Of a stretch of DNA of 40,019 nucleotides, positions 26,365 to 36,689 are shown piece after piece. Position 1 is the first letter of the stretch. Each line of letters starts with the position of its first letter. A program made the position numbers and the translations under genes. The stretch spans positions 1 to 40,019 of the forward strand of contig JANRJK010000047.1 of assembly GCA_033764015.1 (NCBI GenBank). Direction: 5' to 3'. Source of the stretch: Candidatus Sumerlaeia bacterium (GTDB lineage: Bacteria; Sumerlaeota; Sumerlaeia; SLMS01; JANRJK01). The notes below the pieces were generated by a model, which had not been told where the DNA came from, did no database searches, and saw nothing but the letters and a program-made list of their open reading frames with translations.

Positions 26365-29300
26365 GGCGCTCCGGCGGGGCCTCGGGATCGGGCTCCGCGA
26401 CAACCGCGGGCGCCAGCCACTCGCGCCACTCCTCGGCGGTCGGCGGGCGCCCGGGAAGCGTCTCGGTCCGGTCGGCGGAAAGGAAGTGAAGGTGCAGCTC
26501 CGCCACGGGCTCGCGCAGCGCGCGCTCCAGCCCGAGCCGGTAGAGCTGGAGCTGGGGCGTGTAGCGCCCGACCAGCGCCGGCAGGCGCGCGTCCCCCGGT
26601 CCGCAGTGGTCGGTCTTGTAGTCCAGCAGGACGAGCCCGCCGTCCGGGCGGCGGAAGAGGGCGTCCACCGTGCCCTGCAGGATCACCGGCCCGCGCACGT
26701 CGCGCTCGAGGTCCGGGTGCAGCTCGCCCGGAAGGATCGCGCAGGTGAAGGACACCTCGCGGCGCAGCGTCCCCGCCGCCAGCCGGAGCCGCTCGCCGAG
26801 CGGCCCGTTGAGGAACGAGCCGATCCGCTCGAGCGGGACGAGCTTCGCGTCGGCGTCCGCGAGCAACCCCTGCTCGACGCACCGCGCGAGCTCGCCGCGG
26901 AGGGAGGCTCCGCTGTTGAGCGCCTCCACGTCCAGCAGCGCCAGGAAGCGGTGCGTCGCCGTGCCGCGGCGCATCGCGGTGTCGTCGCCCGGCGCCGACT
27001 CGCGCGCGGCGAAGGGATTCGGCTGGGTGGCTTCCCGCCGGACCGGTGGGCCCCCACGCTCCGCGGCCGCGGATTGCTCGTGGAGGCGCTTCGCCTCGGT
27101 GACGGAAACCTTCGCGCGGAACTTCGGCTCGCGCTCCGCCGCCCCGCCCGAGCGCAGCCGGGCGAGCGCCGCGCGGAAGGCGTCCGCGTCGTAGCTGTCC
27201 GGCTCCGCGCCCTGCGCGGGTGCGGGCTCGGGGAAGTGCTCCGGCGCCAGCACGCGCAGTTCCACGGTCCCGGCGCGGGCGGAAACCGGCGTGTCGGCCC
27301 CGGGTTCCGCGCCGGTCAGCGCCGTGAAGACCGGCAGGAGCCAGTCGACGAAGCAGTTGGCGGGCTTCTCCGGATCGAGCTCCACCGGCCATCGGTCGCG
27401 CTGCTTCGCCAGCGTGGCCGAGATGTGCGCCTGCTCCTCCGCGCGGGTGAGCGCGACATACAGCAGGCGCAGCTCCTCGCTGTTGGCCAGGCGCCGCTCC
27501 CGCGCGCGGAGCTCCTCGCGGATCGGATCGAGCTCCTCCGACGCGCCCCGCCAGAAACCGCGCACCGCCACTCGCCCCGCGGGATCGAGCAGCACCGGTC
27601 CCGACTCGTCCACGCGGTTGAACTTGCGGTGCGCGAACGGCAGGAACACGACGGGGAACTCGAGTCCCTTCGATTGGTGGATCGTCAGGATGCGCACGGC
27701 GTCGGAGCCCTCCGCCGGCGGCGGCGGCATCCCGAAGTCGCCGCCGCGCGACTCGAGCTCGCGGAGGAACGCGAGGAACCGTGCGAGGCCGCGCCGCTGG
27801 AACGTGTCGAACTGCCGCGCGAGCTCCAGCAGGTAGAGCAGGTTCGCGACGCGGCGCTCACCCTGCCGCCGCACCCGCGCGCGCTCCAGGAGGTGCAACT
27901 CGTCGTAAAGCCGCGCGAGCAGGTCCGCGACGGGCTCGCGCAGGCTCTCGCGCTGCCAGCGCTCGTGCCGGGCGAGGAACGCGGCCGCCCGCGGCGCGAG
28001 GTCCGCGCCCTCCGCCGCCGCCTCCAGCCGGTCGATGTACGCGCGGCCTCCCGGCGTATGCCGCAGGCGCAGCAGTTCCTCCGGGGTCCACTCCGCCGCC
28101 GCTCCGCAAAGCGCGCCGAGCAGCGCCGCCTCGTCGTACGGCGACCCCACCGCCCGGAGCACCGCGAGCGCCTCGACGATCTCCGGCGCCGAGAGGAATC
28201 CGTCGCGCGACGTGGCGGTCCACGGGATGCCGCGCCGGTCGAAGGCGCGCGTGCACGCGCCGAGGGACTTCGACGTCGAGCGCAGCAGCACCGCGATCCG
28301 GCCCCACGCCGGCCCGCACTCCGCCACGCGGCGCGCCAGCAGCTCCGCCTCGTCCTCCATGGACGGCGCCTCGGACTCGGGGTCGGAGTCCTCGCCCTGC
28401 GCGGCGGCGACGATATCGAGCATGAGCCGGGGCCCCGGCGCGCACGCCGCCGGCCGTCCCGGCGAGAACCGGTGGTCCGCGTCGAACACGATCTCCTGCG
28501 GGTCGGCGTCGAAGAGGCGCTCGAAGAGCGCGTTGAACGCCTCGAGCAACTCCGGCGCGCTGCGGAAATTCTCGACGAGCGCCAGCTTCGCCCGCGGCGC
28601 CCCCGCCTGGATGGGCTCCGCCGCGCGCAGCTCGCCGAGGAACAGCTCCGGCGCCGCGCCGCGGAAACGGTAGATGCTCTGCTTCACATCCCCCACCGCG
28701 AAGAACCGCGACCCCCGCGCGCGCCGCAGCGCCTCGAACAGCGCGTGCTGGACCGGGTTCGTGTCCTGGTACTCGTCCGTGAGGATCTCGCGCCACCCAG
28801 CCGCGAGGCCGTTCGCAAGCTCCGTCGGTGCGCCGTCCACCCCCCGCAGCAGTCGCAGCGCGAGCCGCTCGAGCATCGAGAAGGGGAGCTTCCGGTCGGC
28901 GATGTGCCGCGCTTCGAGCCGCCCGAGCAGCTCCGCGCCGAAGTCGTGGAGGAGCACGCGGACCACCTGCGCCCGCTGTGCGAAGTAGCCGATCGGATCG
29001 AGCGCGACCATCGCCGAGACGGTGGCCGCCGCGTCCTTCCACGCCTCGATGTGCGCACGGTGCAACGCGATGAGCGGGTCGTTCTCCGGCTTCCCGCGCG
29101 GTGTGGTGAGACCGAGCGGCGGCGGCGATCCCGGCGAGCCGCCGACGGCGGGCGCCGTCGCGAGGTACGCCCGGGCGCGGTCCAGGTCGTCGAGGAACTG
29201 CGCGCGCGTCGAGGCGCCGGCGGCGGCGAAGCGCTGCGAGGCGAAGGCGTTGGCGAGTGCGCGCAGCTCCGCGAGGGCGGCGTCGAGCGCGCGGACGAGC

Positions 29301-29959
29301 GCGGCGCCGAGGCGCGTGCGCGCCCACTCGCCCCCGGCGTCCGCCGCTTCCGTCCATTCGGCGCAGGCCGCCTCGGCGAACGCGTGCGGATCCGGCATGT
29401 TCTCCAGCTCCGCGAGCACGCCGTCGATGTCGGCGAGCAGCGTGTCCGCGCGCCCGAGGCTGCTGCGTGCGCGGATCATATCCGCCAGCAGCGTGCGCGC
29501 GTCGCCGTCCGCGACGTGCTCCTCGAGGTGCTCTTCCAGCACCTCGCGCCGCACCAGCGCGGCCTCCTGCTCGGAGAGCACCTCGACCGTCGGCGGCAGG
29601 CCGAGCGCGGTCGCGTTGGCCACCACGAGGTCGAGGCAGAAGGAGTGGATCGTCGAGATGCGCGCCCGGGGGAGGATCGCGAGCTGGCGCTCCAGCCGCT
29701 CGCGCGTGTCCTTGTCCGCCTCCCCGGCGGCGCGCTCGCGGAGCCGCTCCTCCAGCTTCGCGCGCATGTTCTCCGCGGCGGCGCGGGTGAACGTCACCAC
29801 CAGGTAGTCGTCGAGCGAGTGCGGGTCCGCGGGATCCAGGAGCTGCGCCAGCACCCGGGCGATGAGCACGGACGTCTTTCCGGCGCCCGCGCCGGCGCTG
29901 ACGAGGAGCTCCCGCGCCCGCGATTCGATGCCGTCGCGCTGCCGCGCGGTCCACTTCAC
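26351..29959 (-). CDS. addA: ATP-dependent helicase/nuclease subunit A
   Basis: VKWTARQ start (GTG 29959), VSAGAGAGKT, VTFTRAAAENM, ISTIHSFC, DEYQDTN, VGDVKQSIYRFRGA, LVENFRS, TIHQSKGLEF, LLYVALTRA, nuclease QGTVD...LLDYKTD. Confidence 0.94.
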   Translation of the reverse strand: MKWTARQRDGIESRARELLVSAGAGAGKTSVLIARVLAQLLDPADPHSLDDYLVVTFTRAAAENMRAKLEERLRERAAGEADKDTRERLERQLAILPRARISTIHSFCLDLVVANATALGLPPTVEVLSEQEAALVRREVLEEHLEEHVADGDARTLLADMIRARSSLGRADTLLADIDGVLAELENMPDPHAFAEAACAEWTEAADAGGEWARTRLGAALVRALDAALAELRALANAFASQRFAAAGASTRAQFLDDLDRARAYLATAPAVGGSPGSPPPLGLTTPRGKPENDPLIALHRAHIEAWKDAAATVSAMVALDPIGYFAQRAQVVRVLLHDFGAELLGRLEARHIADRKLPFSMLERLALRLLRGVDGAPTELANGLAAGWREILTDEYQDTNPVQHALFEALRRARGSRFFAVGDVKQSIYRFRGAAPELFLGELRAAEPIQAGAPRAKLALVENFRSAPELLEAFNALFERLFDADPQEIVFDADHRFSPGRPAACAPGPRLMLDIVAAAQGEDSDPESEAPSMEDEAELLARRVAECGPAWGRIAVLLRSTSKSLGACTRAFDRRGIPWTATSRDGFLSAPEIVEALAVLRAVGSPYDEAALLGALCGAAAEWTPEELLRLRHTPGGRAYIDRLEAAAEGADLAPRAAAFLARHERWQRESLREPVADLLARLYDELHLLERARVRRQGERRVANLLYLLELARQFDTFQRRGLARFLAFLRELESRGGDFGMPPPPAEGSDAVRILTIHQSKGLEFPVVFLPFAHRKFNRVDESGPVLLDPAGRVAVRGFWRGASEELDPIREELRARERRLANSEELRLLYVALTRAEEQAHISATLAKQRDRWPVELDPEKPANCFVDWLLPVFTALTGAEPGADTPVSARAGTVELRVLAPEHFPEPAPAQGAEPDSYDADAFRAALARLRSGGAAEREPKFRAKVSVTEAKRLHEQSAAAERGGPPVRREATQPNPFAARESAPGDDTAMRRGTATHRFLALLDVEALNSGASLRGELARCVEQGLLADADAKLVPLERIGSFLNGPLGERLRLAAGTLRREVSFTCAILPGELHPDLERDVRGPVILQGTVDALFRRPDGGLVLLDYKTDHCGPGDARLPALVGRYTPQLQLYRLGLERALREPVAELHLHFLSADRTETLPGRPPTAEEWREWLAPAVVAEPDPEAPPERHVAL

Positions 29960-32900
29960 GGCGCCGCCTCCAGCTCCGCGCGGACGTCCGCCGCGCGCAC
30001 CCTCGCCAGCTCCCGCGGCTCGTCCTCCAGCGGATCGAACCCGCAGAGCGCCTGGAAGCCGCACTGGGCGCAGGCGAGCGTGTCTCCTTCCAGCACCGGC
30101 CGCGGCTCCAGCTCGCCGGACATCATGCGCTCCAGCAGCGCGCGCACCTTCTTCTCCGTCAGCCGTAGCAGCTCGCCGAAGGCGGCGTCGCCCAGCACGC
30201 CGGAGCTCGACAGGAACGGCAGGTTGCCCTTGCGCGCGGACCCCTCCCTGAAGGGGGCGGCGTAGGAGTCCGAAGCGGGACCCGCCATCTTGATGCGTCC
30301 GAAGTCGCCGGCGAGCAGCGAGCGCTTCTCCTGCGCCCCGCGCGCCACCACCACATTCAGCGCCGCGGCCGGCTCGCCGTCCAGCCGCGCGGCGTCGAGC
30401 GCGAGCAGGTAGAGCGGGAGTTGCAGCGCGAGGTCGTGGTGCCAACGCGCGAGCGAGAACGACGCCTTGGTCAGCTTGTAGTCGACCACCGCCAACAGGC
30501 GCCCGTCCGCCCCGCAGGCGTCCACGCGGTCGATGCGCCCGCGCAGCCGCACCTCCCATGGGCCCGCCCCGCTCTCGACGCGGATCGGGTCGTCGGCGAA
30601 CGGCGCCTCCGCCGCGACCGGGCGCGCGGGAGCGAGCGCGTGCGCGGCGCGCATCCAGAGCAGCAGGTCCTCCAGCTCACCCATGACCGCTTCGAGGAAC
30701 ACCGATCCGACCGCGCCGGAGAAAAGGCCGGTGCGTTGCGCCCGTTCCTCGAACCGCGTCCGCAGCTCCGCGCCGAGCGCGCGCCACTCCTCCTCCGGCA
30801 TTCCGCCCCATGACGCCCCGCGGGCGATCAGCGCGTCGGCCAGCTCCTTCAGGAACGCGTGCGCCAGCGTGCCCGCGTCGCGCGACTCGCCCTCCGGCGC
30901 GAGCGGCTCCTCCGGACGCAGCACGCGCGCGGCGAAGTGCTGGAACGGGCAGCGCGCGAACGACTCGAGGGCCGTCGCGCTCGTGTCCCACGCGGCGTGG
31001 TGGAGCGCGCGGAGCAGCGCCGGGTCCACCCGGGACGGGCGCGTCCGGAGCGCCGCGCGGAGCACCGCCGCCGACTCCTCCGACGGCGGGGCGAACAGCG
31101 CGGCGGCCCGCTCCGCCAGCAGCGCCCGCGGCGAGCGCACCGCGGCGAGCGCGGCCAGCTCGCGCTCGCGCGCCGCCTCCGCGGGTCCAGGCTCGGCGAC
31201 GCGCACGGGCTCCGTGTCCGGCAGCAGGCGCCGCAGCGCCGTCCAGTACGGCGAGGGGGGAAGCTCCTCGCCGGAGTCGCTGCGGAGCGGCCGCGTCACC
31301 GCGATCTCCCCGGAGGCGCGCGTGAGGCCGAAGTACGCAAGGAACGCCTCGCGCGCGAACTGCCCGCGGGCCGACTGCGGCGCGTCCAGGCCGAGCCGCG
31401 CCAGCTCCTCGCGGTCGTCATCGCCGAGCACGCTGCGCGTCCGCAACCGCGCGGGGAACTGCGCCGCGCTCCACCCGACGAGCACCGCGCGCTCGAGAGG
31501 CGGCGTGCGCCCGCGGTCGAGCTGCGTCACCAGCACCTGGCCGAGGCGCGGGGGGATCCGCGGAACGGAGAGCTGGCCGAGCAGCCAGCGCGCGTGCTCG
31601 ACCGCCTCCGGCGCCGGCGTGGGCACCGCCCCGAGCGCGTCGCCGCACGCGTCGAAGAGCGCGGAGAGGCGTTCGGCGACCGCGAGCTCCGCGCTCGTCC
31701 GCGACTCCTCCGGAAGAAGTTCCCACCATTGCGCGGCGAGGCGGCGGAGCACCGACAGGAGCGCCGCCACCGTCGCGGAGGCGGGTTCCTCCGCGGCCTC
31801 GCGGAGCTCCTGCTCCGCGATCAGGAGCGGTTCCGCGGCGATGCGCCGGAGGCGGTCCACCGCGGCCATGCGGGCGCCGTCCGCCGCGCGCGGCGCCGGA
31901 TCGTCCTCGAAGCTGCGGTCGGGGGGCGCCGCCCAGGGGCGCTCGTCGCGCCAGCCCTTCGCGGTCGGCGGGTTCCGCGCGCAGGCGTCCGCGAGCAGGT
32001 CCGCGTCGCGGCGGGACATCTCCACGAAGCCGCAGCGCGCGAACTCGCAGACCTCCTCCCACTGCCAGCGGCCGGAGAGGACCGTGAGCGCCGCGCCGAG
32101 CCCCTGCTGCAGCGAATGCGCCGCGAGCGGCTGCACGCGGTCGATGAAGTGCGGCACCCGGAGCGCTGTGAGCTGCGCCGCGAGTTCGCCGGCGTAGTCG
32201 TCGAGGCTCCGCGCAAGCACCGCGCAGGAGGCGGGCTCGACGCCCTCCTCGGCGATCCAGCGACGGCAGAGCTCCGCCGCGAACCGGGCCTCCGCGCGGC
32301 GCGAGGCCGCCTCCGCGAGCACGACGCCCCCGGCCGCGGCTCCGTCCGCGGGCGCCGCGCCTTGGAGGAAGCGCTCCTCGATGGCGGCGAGCCCCGGCGC
32401 GGCGGCGAACCGCGCGGCCCGCGGCGCGCCGAGCCGCACCCACTCGACCGGCGGTAGCCCCTCGCGGTCGAACACCGCGCGCAGGCGCTGCAGTGTCTCC
32501 TCCGTGGGCGAAAAGACCGGGTCCACCGGCGCGAGTTCGCCCGCGTGGACGAACTTGGCGCGCGCCGGATCCACGGCGAGCGTGAGCGCGAAGGCCCGCG
32601 CGCGCGACGCCAGCGCGCCGAGCAGCCGTTCCTCCTGCGGGGTGAAGCCGTTGAAGCCGTCGATCAGCACCTCGGCGCCCTGCAGCAGCTCCGAGCGCCG
32701 CACGCCCTGCTCGAGCGATTCCAGCGTCGCGTCCGGATCCTCGAAGCGGTCGCGGATCAGCTCGTCGTAGGCGTCCAGGAACGCGGCGAGCCTCTCCATG
32801 CGCTGCGCGAAGCGGGGCGCCGGCGACGCGGCGGCGGCGGCGCGCAGCCGCGCGCTCGTGAGGCGGTGCCGGTGCGCGTCGGAGAGGAAGCGCGCCAGCG

Positions 32901-33261
32901 GCTCCTCGATGCCGCGGACAGCGAACAGCTCGGCCCCCGGGTCCGCCGCGCGCAGCCGCTGCACCACGCGGGCGGCGAGCATCGTGCGCTGCGCGGCGTC
33001 CAGCCGCGGCAGCGCGGGGGGCGGCGCCTCGCGCTCGAGGAACCCCGCCAGCCGGGTGAAGCTGAGCACTTGGGCCCGGACGTAGCCGCCGGTGGCGCCG
33101 GCGAGAGCGCGCTCCGCCTCGTAGGTCGCCTGCTCCGGCGTCAGCAGCAGCAGCGGCGCGCCCTCCGCGGCGGCGCGGCACTCGGAGGCGATGCGCTCCA
33201 CGCACCAGGCGGTGCGCCCGGAGCCCGCGCGTCCGACGACCAGCCGCGGGGGCGCGCTCAC
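29956..33261 (-). CDS. addB: ATP-dependent helicase/nuclease subunit B
   Basis: VGRAGSGRT, LTPEQAT, VLSFTRLA, IDGFNGFTPQE; PD-(D/E)xK nuclease LRGRIDRVD...VVDYK; four Fe-S-type cysteines (RCPFQHF, CAQCGFQALC); GTGA overlap with addA. Confidence 0.92.
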   Translation of the reverse strand: MSAPPRLVVGRAGSGRTAWCVERIASECRAAAEGAPLLLLTPEQATYEAERALAGATGGYVRAQVLSFTRLAGFLEREAPPPALPRLDAAQRTMLAARVVQRLRAADPGAELFAVRGIEEPLARFLSDAHRHRLTSARLRAAAAASPAPRFAQRMERLAAFLDAYDELIRDRFEDPDATLESLEQGVRRSELLQGAEVLIDGFNGFTPQEERLLGALASRARAFALTLAVDPARAKFVHAGELAPVDPVFSPTEETLQRLRAVFDREGLPPVEWVRLGAPRAARFAAAPGLAAIEERFLQGAAPADGAAAGGVVLAEAASRRAEARFAAELCRRWIAEEGVEPASCAVLARSLDDYAGELAAQLTALRVPHFIDRVQPLAAHSLQQGLGAALTVLSGRWQWEEVCEFARCGFVEMSRRDADLLADACARNPPTAKGWRDERPWAAPPDRSFEDDPAPRAADGARMAAVDRLRRIAAEPLLIAEQELREAAEEPASATVAALLSVLRRLAAQWWELLPEESRTSAELAVAERLSALFDACGDALGAVPTPAPEAVEHARWLLGQLSVPRIPPRLGQVLVTQLDRGRTPPLERAVLVGWSAAQFPARLRTRSVLGDDDREELARLGLDAPQSARGQFAREAFLAYFGLTRASGEIAVTRPLRSDSGEELPPSPYWTALRRLLPDTEPVRVAEPGPAEAARERELAALAAVRSPRALLAERAAALFAPPSEESAAVLRAALRTRPSRVDPALLRALHHAAWDTSATALESFARCPFQHFAARVLRPEEPLAPEGESRDAGTLAHAFLKELADALIARGASWGGMPEEEWRALGAELRTRFEERAQRTGLFSGAVGSVFLEAVMGELEDLLLWMRAAHALAPARPVAAEAPFADDPIRVESGAGPWEVRLRGRIDRVDACGADGRLLAVVDYKLTKASFSLARWHHDLALQLPLYLLALDAARLDGEPAAALNVVVARGAQEKRSLLAGDFGRIKMAGPASDSYAAPFREGSARKGNLPFLSSSGVLGDAAFGELLRLTEKKVRALLERMMSGELEPRPVLEGDTLACAQCGFQALCGFDPLEDEPRELARVRAADVRAELEAAP

Positions 33262-34250
33262 GGAGCGCCCGAGGGCGCCGCGCGCTCCGCCGCCGCCTCC
33301 AGCGACAGCACCAGCGGGTCGCCGACCGCGCGCCCCTGCGCCAGCGACGTGGCGGCGATCTCCGCGTCGCCGCGGGCTTGCGACTCGAGCGCTGATTCGT
33401 AGGCCGACATCATGAACGCCAGGTCGTGCGGGGCGCGGCGCTCGGCGCCGAGCGCCAGGGCGTCGCAGAGCAGCGTCTCGTAGGAGGCGAGCTGCGCGGG
33501 CAGCGTCGCCACCGGCGACTCGCGCGGCGGCCGCATCCCGGTCCGCGCGAACAGCAGCTCGAGCTCGAGGAGCGCGTAGCGCCGCTGGCCCAGCCGCGCC
33601 ATGCGGTCCGCCTGGGCGGTCATGGACGCCCAGGCCGCCTGCGACTCCGGGGACAGCGCGCGGGAAAGATCGTCGATGGTCTTTAGGCGCCGTTGCAGCA
33701 GCGGCGCGATCCGCTCGTCGAGCGTGCCCGGCGCGTCCGCGGGGAGCGCGTCGCGGACCCGCGGGGCCAGGTGCTCCGCCAGCGCGAGGTCGCCCCGCAG
33801 CGCGGTGCGCAGCGCCTCGACGCGTTCGTCGAACGGCATTCCGCTGTCGAAGCCGGCGACGCCGCCGCTGCCGGTCTCCAGCAGGGCCGCCTCGAGGTTC
33901 CAAACTTGGAGCACCGCGGTCCCGCGCATCGGGTCGGCCGGATCGTCCGCGAGGAGCAGAGCCGCGACGCCTTGGCAGCGTCGCCCGCGCGCCTCGCCAA
34001 GCGCCGCTCCCAGCCAGGCGCGCGCGTCCGGCCCGGGCACGGGGACCGCTGCGCCGGCGTCGACCAGTTCGATTTGGTGGCGTTCGAGGAAATCCCTGGC
34101 TTCGGCGCGGATGGCTTCGCTGCGCGCCGCTTCCATCCGGGGTGCGTGCGTGCGGGTCCACAGGACGCGGATCGGCTCCGACGCGGGCGCGGCAAGCGCC
34201 AGCAGGACCATCAGCGCCGCGGCGAGCCAGCCCGCCCTCCCGTTCGCCAT
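33258..34250 (-). CDS. Hypothetical exported protein upstream of addB
   Basis: Signal-like MANGRAGWLAAALMVLLALAAPA; stop overlaps the addB start; C-terminal part of track ORF 33258..35462. Confidence 0.65.
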   Translation of the reverse strand: MANGRAGWLAAALMVLLALAAPASEPIRVLWTRTHAPRMEAARSEAIRAEARDFLERHQIELVDAGAAVPVPGPDARAWLGAALGEARGRRCQGVAALLLADDPADPMRGTAVLQVWNLEAALLETGSGGVAGFDSGMPFDERVEALRTALRGDLALAEHLAPRVRDALPADAPGTLDERIAPLLQRRLKTIDDLSRALSPESQAAWASMTAQADRMARLGQRRYALLELELLFARTGMRPPRESPVATLPAQLASYETLLCDALALGAERRAPHDLAFMMSAYESALESQARGDAEIAATSLAQGRAVGDPLVLSLEAAAERAAPSGAP

Positions 34251-34261
34251 GTCCATCTCCG

Positions 34262-35830
34262 CTACTCGTCGTCCCCCATCGCCATATCGAGGCGCGCGCT
34301 CATCTTCGGCACCTCGCGGGAGACGCGGTCGATGATCTCGTTGATCGAGTCGAGCTGCTCGGCGAGCTCCGTGCGGGCCTCGAGGAGCTCCGCGCGCTCG
34401 TCGCGCGAGCCGCCGGCCACCATGTTGATGCGCTGCATCAGGTCCTTGAAGGTGGTCACGCTGTCGCGCTGCCGCTTGTTGAGGATGGCGAGCTGGCGGC
34501 GGAGCGCGAACACCATGTCGAGCCCCTGCTGGAGCTGCTCCTCGATGACCTCCGCGGGCACCGTTTCGTCCGCGGGGATCTCCATGGCCTTTTGCGGGGC
34601 GTCGTTCGACTTCAAGTTTCCCGACAGCGGGCTCGCCATCTGGGTCGACAGGAGCTGCGACTGGGCGTTGAGGCGCTTGGCGAGGATCATCAGGCGGCGG
34701 GGGAGCTGGGCGCCGGCCTGCGCCGCGGCCGGAAGCGACGGCGGCGCCGCGATCGGCGGAGCCGTCTCCTCGTCGACCTCCGCTGCGGAGATCATCGGCA
34801 CCTCGTCCGTCGTATGCCCCGAGGTGTCCAGCGGCTCGACGGGATGCGGTGTCACCTCCTCGGAGGCGTGCGCGACGGGGTGGGGCGTGCGTTCGAGGTG
34901 GAAGAGCCGCGTGGGTTCGTTCTCGTAGTCGACCGGACGGACGGGTTCCTGAGGCATGTCCTCGATGACATCCCGGATCGCGAGCGGCGTCTTCTCGTTG
35001 AAGTCCTCGCGGAGCCGAGTTGCGGCCGGGCGGCGGGCGGGCCGGCGGGCCGGCTGCGGCACGCGCACCTTGCGCGCCGCGTCGAGGTCGTCGCGCGAAA
35101 CCTGGGTGATGAATTCCTCCGGAAGGTCCTCGAGCGTCACCGAGGTGCCCTGCGCCGCCATGGCCGCTTGCGCGGTGACCAGCAGCAGCTCCTCCGCGTT
35201 GTTGGGCCAGTCGTGCTGGCGGAACAGCGCGAGCACCTGGGCGTCGGCGTTCTGCGCGGCGGTCTTGCGCGTCTCGCGGGCGCGGTTCATGGCGAAGCGC
35301 ACCAGCGCCGGAACGTCCTCGCGGCGTTCGCGCAGCGGGGGCACCACGATCTGCCGCTCGCTGAGGATGTCGCGGAGCTCCGGCAGCACGGGTGACGTGC
35401 GGCTCGCGGCGAGCTCCTCGAAGCGGGCCGACGTCATCAGAACCAGCATCATCTGCTCGCACGCCACGGACTCGCCGCTGAAGGGGTCCTCGAAGACGCC
35501 GGAGGTGGCGTACTCGACGAGGGCGTACTGGAGGTCGATGGGCAGTTCGCGCTGGAGCTGGAGGACGAGTGTGCCTTTACGCGCGTGCTCGACGTGCTGG
35601 CGCATCTCCGGCGGCATCTTCCAGGAGACGCGTAGGCGGCCGATCGGCTCCCGGGAGCGGTTGCTGAGGTGGTGCAGCAGCTTCGCCACCATGGACTTCT
35701 CGGTCCCCTTCTCGCCCGAAAGGAACAGCGGCCCCGGGGCGTCGGCGTATTCGCGGACGCGGCGGTTGACTTCCTGCACGGCGCGGGAAATCCCGGGGAT
35801 GGTCTCTTCGGGCAGCGGGGGCGGCGGCAT
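34262..35830 (-). CDS. Protein with a degenerate sigma-54-activator-type AAA+ domain, acidic/Pro-rich linker and C-terminal coiled coil
   Basis: GISRAVQEV, PLFLSGEKGTEKSMVAKLLH, ARKGTLVL, LPIDLQ, IVVPPLRERREDVPAL, HDWPNNAEEL. Confidence 0.8.
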   Translation of the reverse strand: MPPPPLPEETIPGISRAVQEVNRRVREYADAPGPLFLSGEKGTEKSMVAKLLHHLSNRSREPIGRLRVSWKMPPEMRQHVEHARKGTLVLQLQRELPIDLQYALVEYATSGVFEDPFSGESVACEQMMLVLMTSARFEELAASRTSPVLPELRDILSERQIVVPPLRERREDVPALVRFAMNRARETRKTAAQNADAQVLALFRQHDWPNNAEELLLVTAQAAMAAQGTSVTLEDLPEEFITQVSRDDLDAARKVRVPQPARRPARRPAATRLREDFNEKTPLAIRDVIEDMPQEPVRPVDYENEPTRLFHLERTPHPVAHASEEVTPHPVEPLDTSGHTTDEVPMISAAEVDEETAPPIAAPPSLPAAAQAGAQLPRRLMILAKRLNAQSQLLSTQMASPLSGNLKSNDAPQKAMEIPADETVPAEVIEEQLQQGLDMVFALRRQLAILNKRQRDSVTTFKDLMQRINMVAGGSRDERAELLEARTELAEQLDSINEIIDRVSREVPKMSARLDMAMGDDE

Positions 35831-35916
35831 GGGGGCCCTTGCTTCGGCGTTATCGCAGCGGTGTTAGGCTACGGCGGAGCGCTTGCCTAGTGCAATTCTT
35901 TCGTTCCGACGGAAGG

Positions 35917-35948
35917 CGCGGGCCCCGGCGCCGCGGCCGGGGCCCGCG
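35917..35948 (-). terminator. GC-rich hairpin just after the AhpD-like gene
   Basis: 13-bp perfect inverted repeat CGCGGGCCCCGGC/GCCGGGGCCCGCG with a 6-nt loop, 7 nt past the stop; weak U tail. Confidence 0.45.
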
Positions 35949-35955
35949 GGATCCC

Positions 35956-36495
35956 TCAGTGCTCCGCCGGGATCGGCCAATCGATCTCGGTATGGTTGAT
36001 GTGGTTCACGAAGTTGGTGAAGAAGTTCAGGCAGACGCAGCAGGCGATCTCGAGCAGCTCGCCGTCCGTCAGGCCCGCGGCGCGCGCGGCCTCGAGCTCG
36101 TGGTCCGAGGGACCGTGGTGCAGCGTCTCGACGAGGACGCGGGCGAACCGCACGGCGGCGTCCACCTTCGCGTCGCCGGCGGCCTCGCCGCGGCGGAAGG
36201 CCGAGATCTGGGAATCCTCGTAGCGGAGCTGCTTCGCGAGGAAGGTGTGCGCGGCGTTGCAATAGTCGCACTGGTTGCGGTGCGCCAGGAAGAGGGCGAT
36301 CGCCTCGCGCGACTTGTTGCCGAGGGTGCCCTTGCCGAGCGCGCGGCTCATGGCGAGGTAGCCTTCGAAGGCCGAGGGGCTGTTCGCCATCGCGAGGAAG
36401 ATGTTCTTCAGCGGCCCCTTCGCGCCGAGTTCGGCAAGGATCGGCTTGGCGCCTTCCGGCGCGGTTTCCGGGGAGAGCTTTTCGAGGCGTTGCAT
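35956..36495 (-). CDS. AhpD/carboxymuconolactone decarboxylase family protein
   Basis: NIFLAMANSP, REAIAL...NQCDYCNAAH (CxxC), NFFTNFVNH...TEIDW. Confidence 0.9.
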   Translation of the reverse strand: MQRLEKLSPETAPEGAKPILAELGAKGPLKNIFLAMANSPSAFEGYLAMSRALGKGTLGNKSREAIALFLAHRNQCDYCNAAHTFLAKQLRYEDSQISAFRRGEAAGDAKVDAAVRFARVLVETLHHGPSDHELEAARAAGLTDGELLEIACCVCLNFFTNFVNHINHTEIDWPIPAEH

Positions 36496-36689
36496 GGTGT
36501 ACGTCGGCTCCTTGGATCTGGGCCGTCGAGGCCCGATACGGGATATTGTCTGTCCGGCTTAGCGCGAGTCAAGATGGGCCTTCCGCCGCCCCGGTCCGGG
36601 GCTACCACCGTGGCGACTACAGGCTTGCGCGGCCGCCAAAGGCGCCTTAAGACTCCCAGCGATTCCCCCATGCCGAGCGAGTGCGCCCT

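Noticed and set aside
25559..30265. 1568-aa plus-strand ORF and similar long Arg/Ala/Pro-rich ORFs (e.g. 2627-4717, 5408-7765, 10040-12013)
   Set aside because: Antisense or off-frame shadows of well-supported genes; expected at this GC content.
33215..33240. AddB Walker A variant GRAGSGRT (K to R) as a novelty
   Set aside because: The AddB helicase-like domain is known to be inactive and its Walker A is often degenerate.
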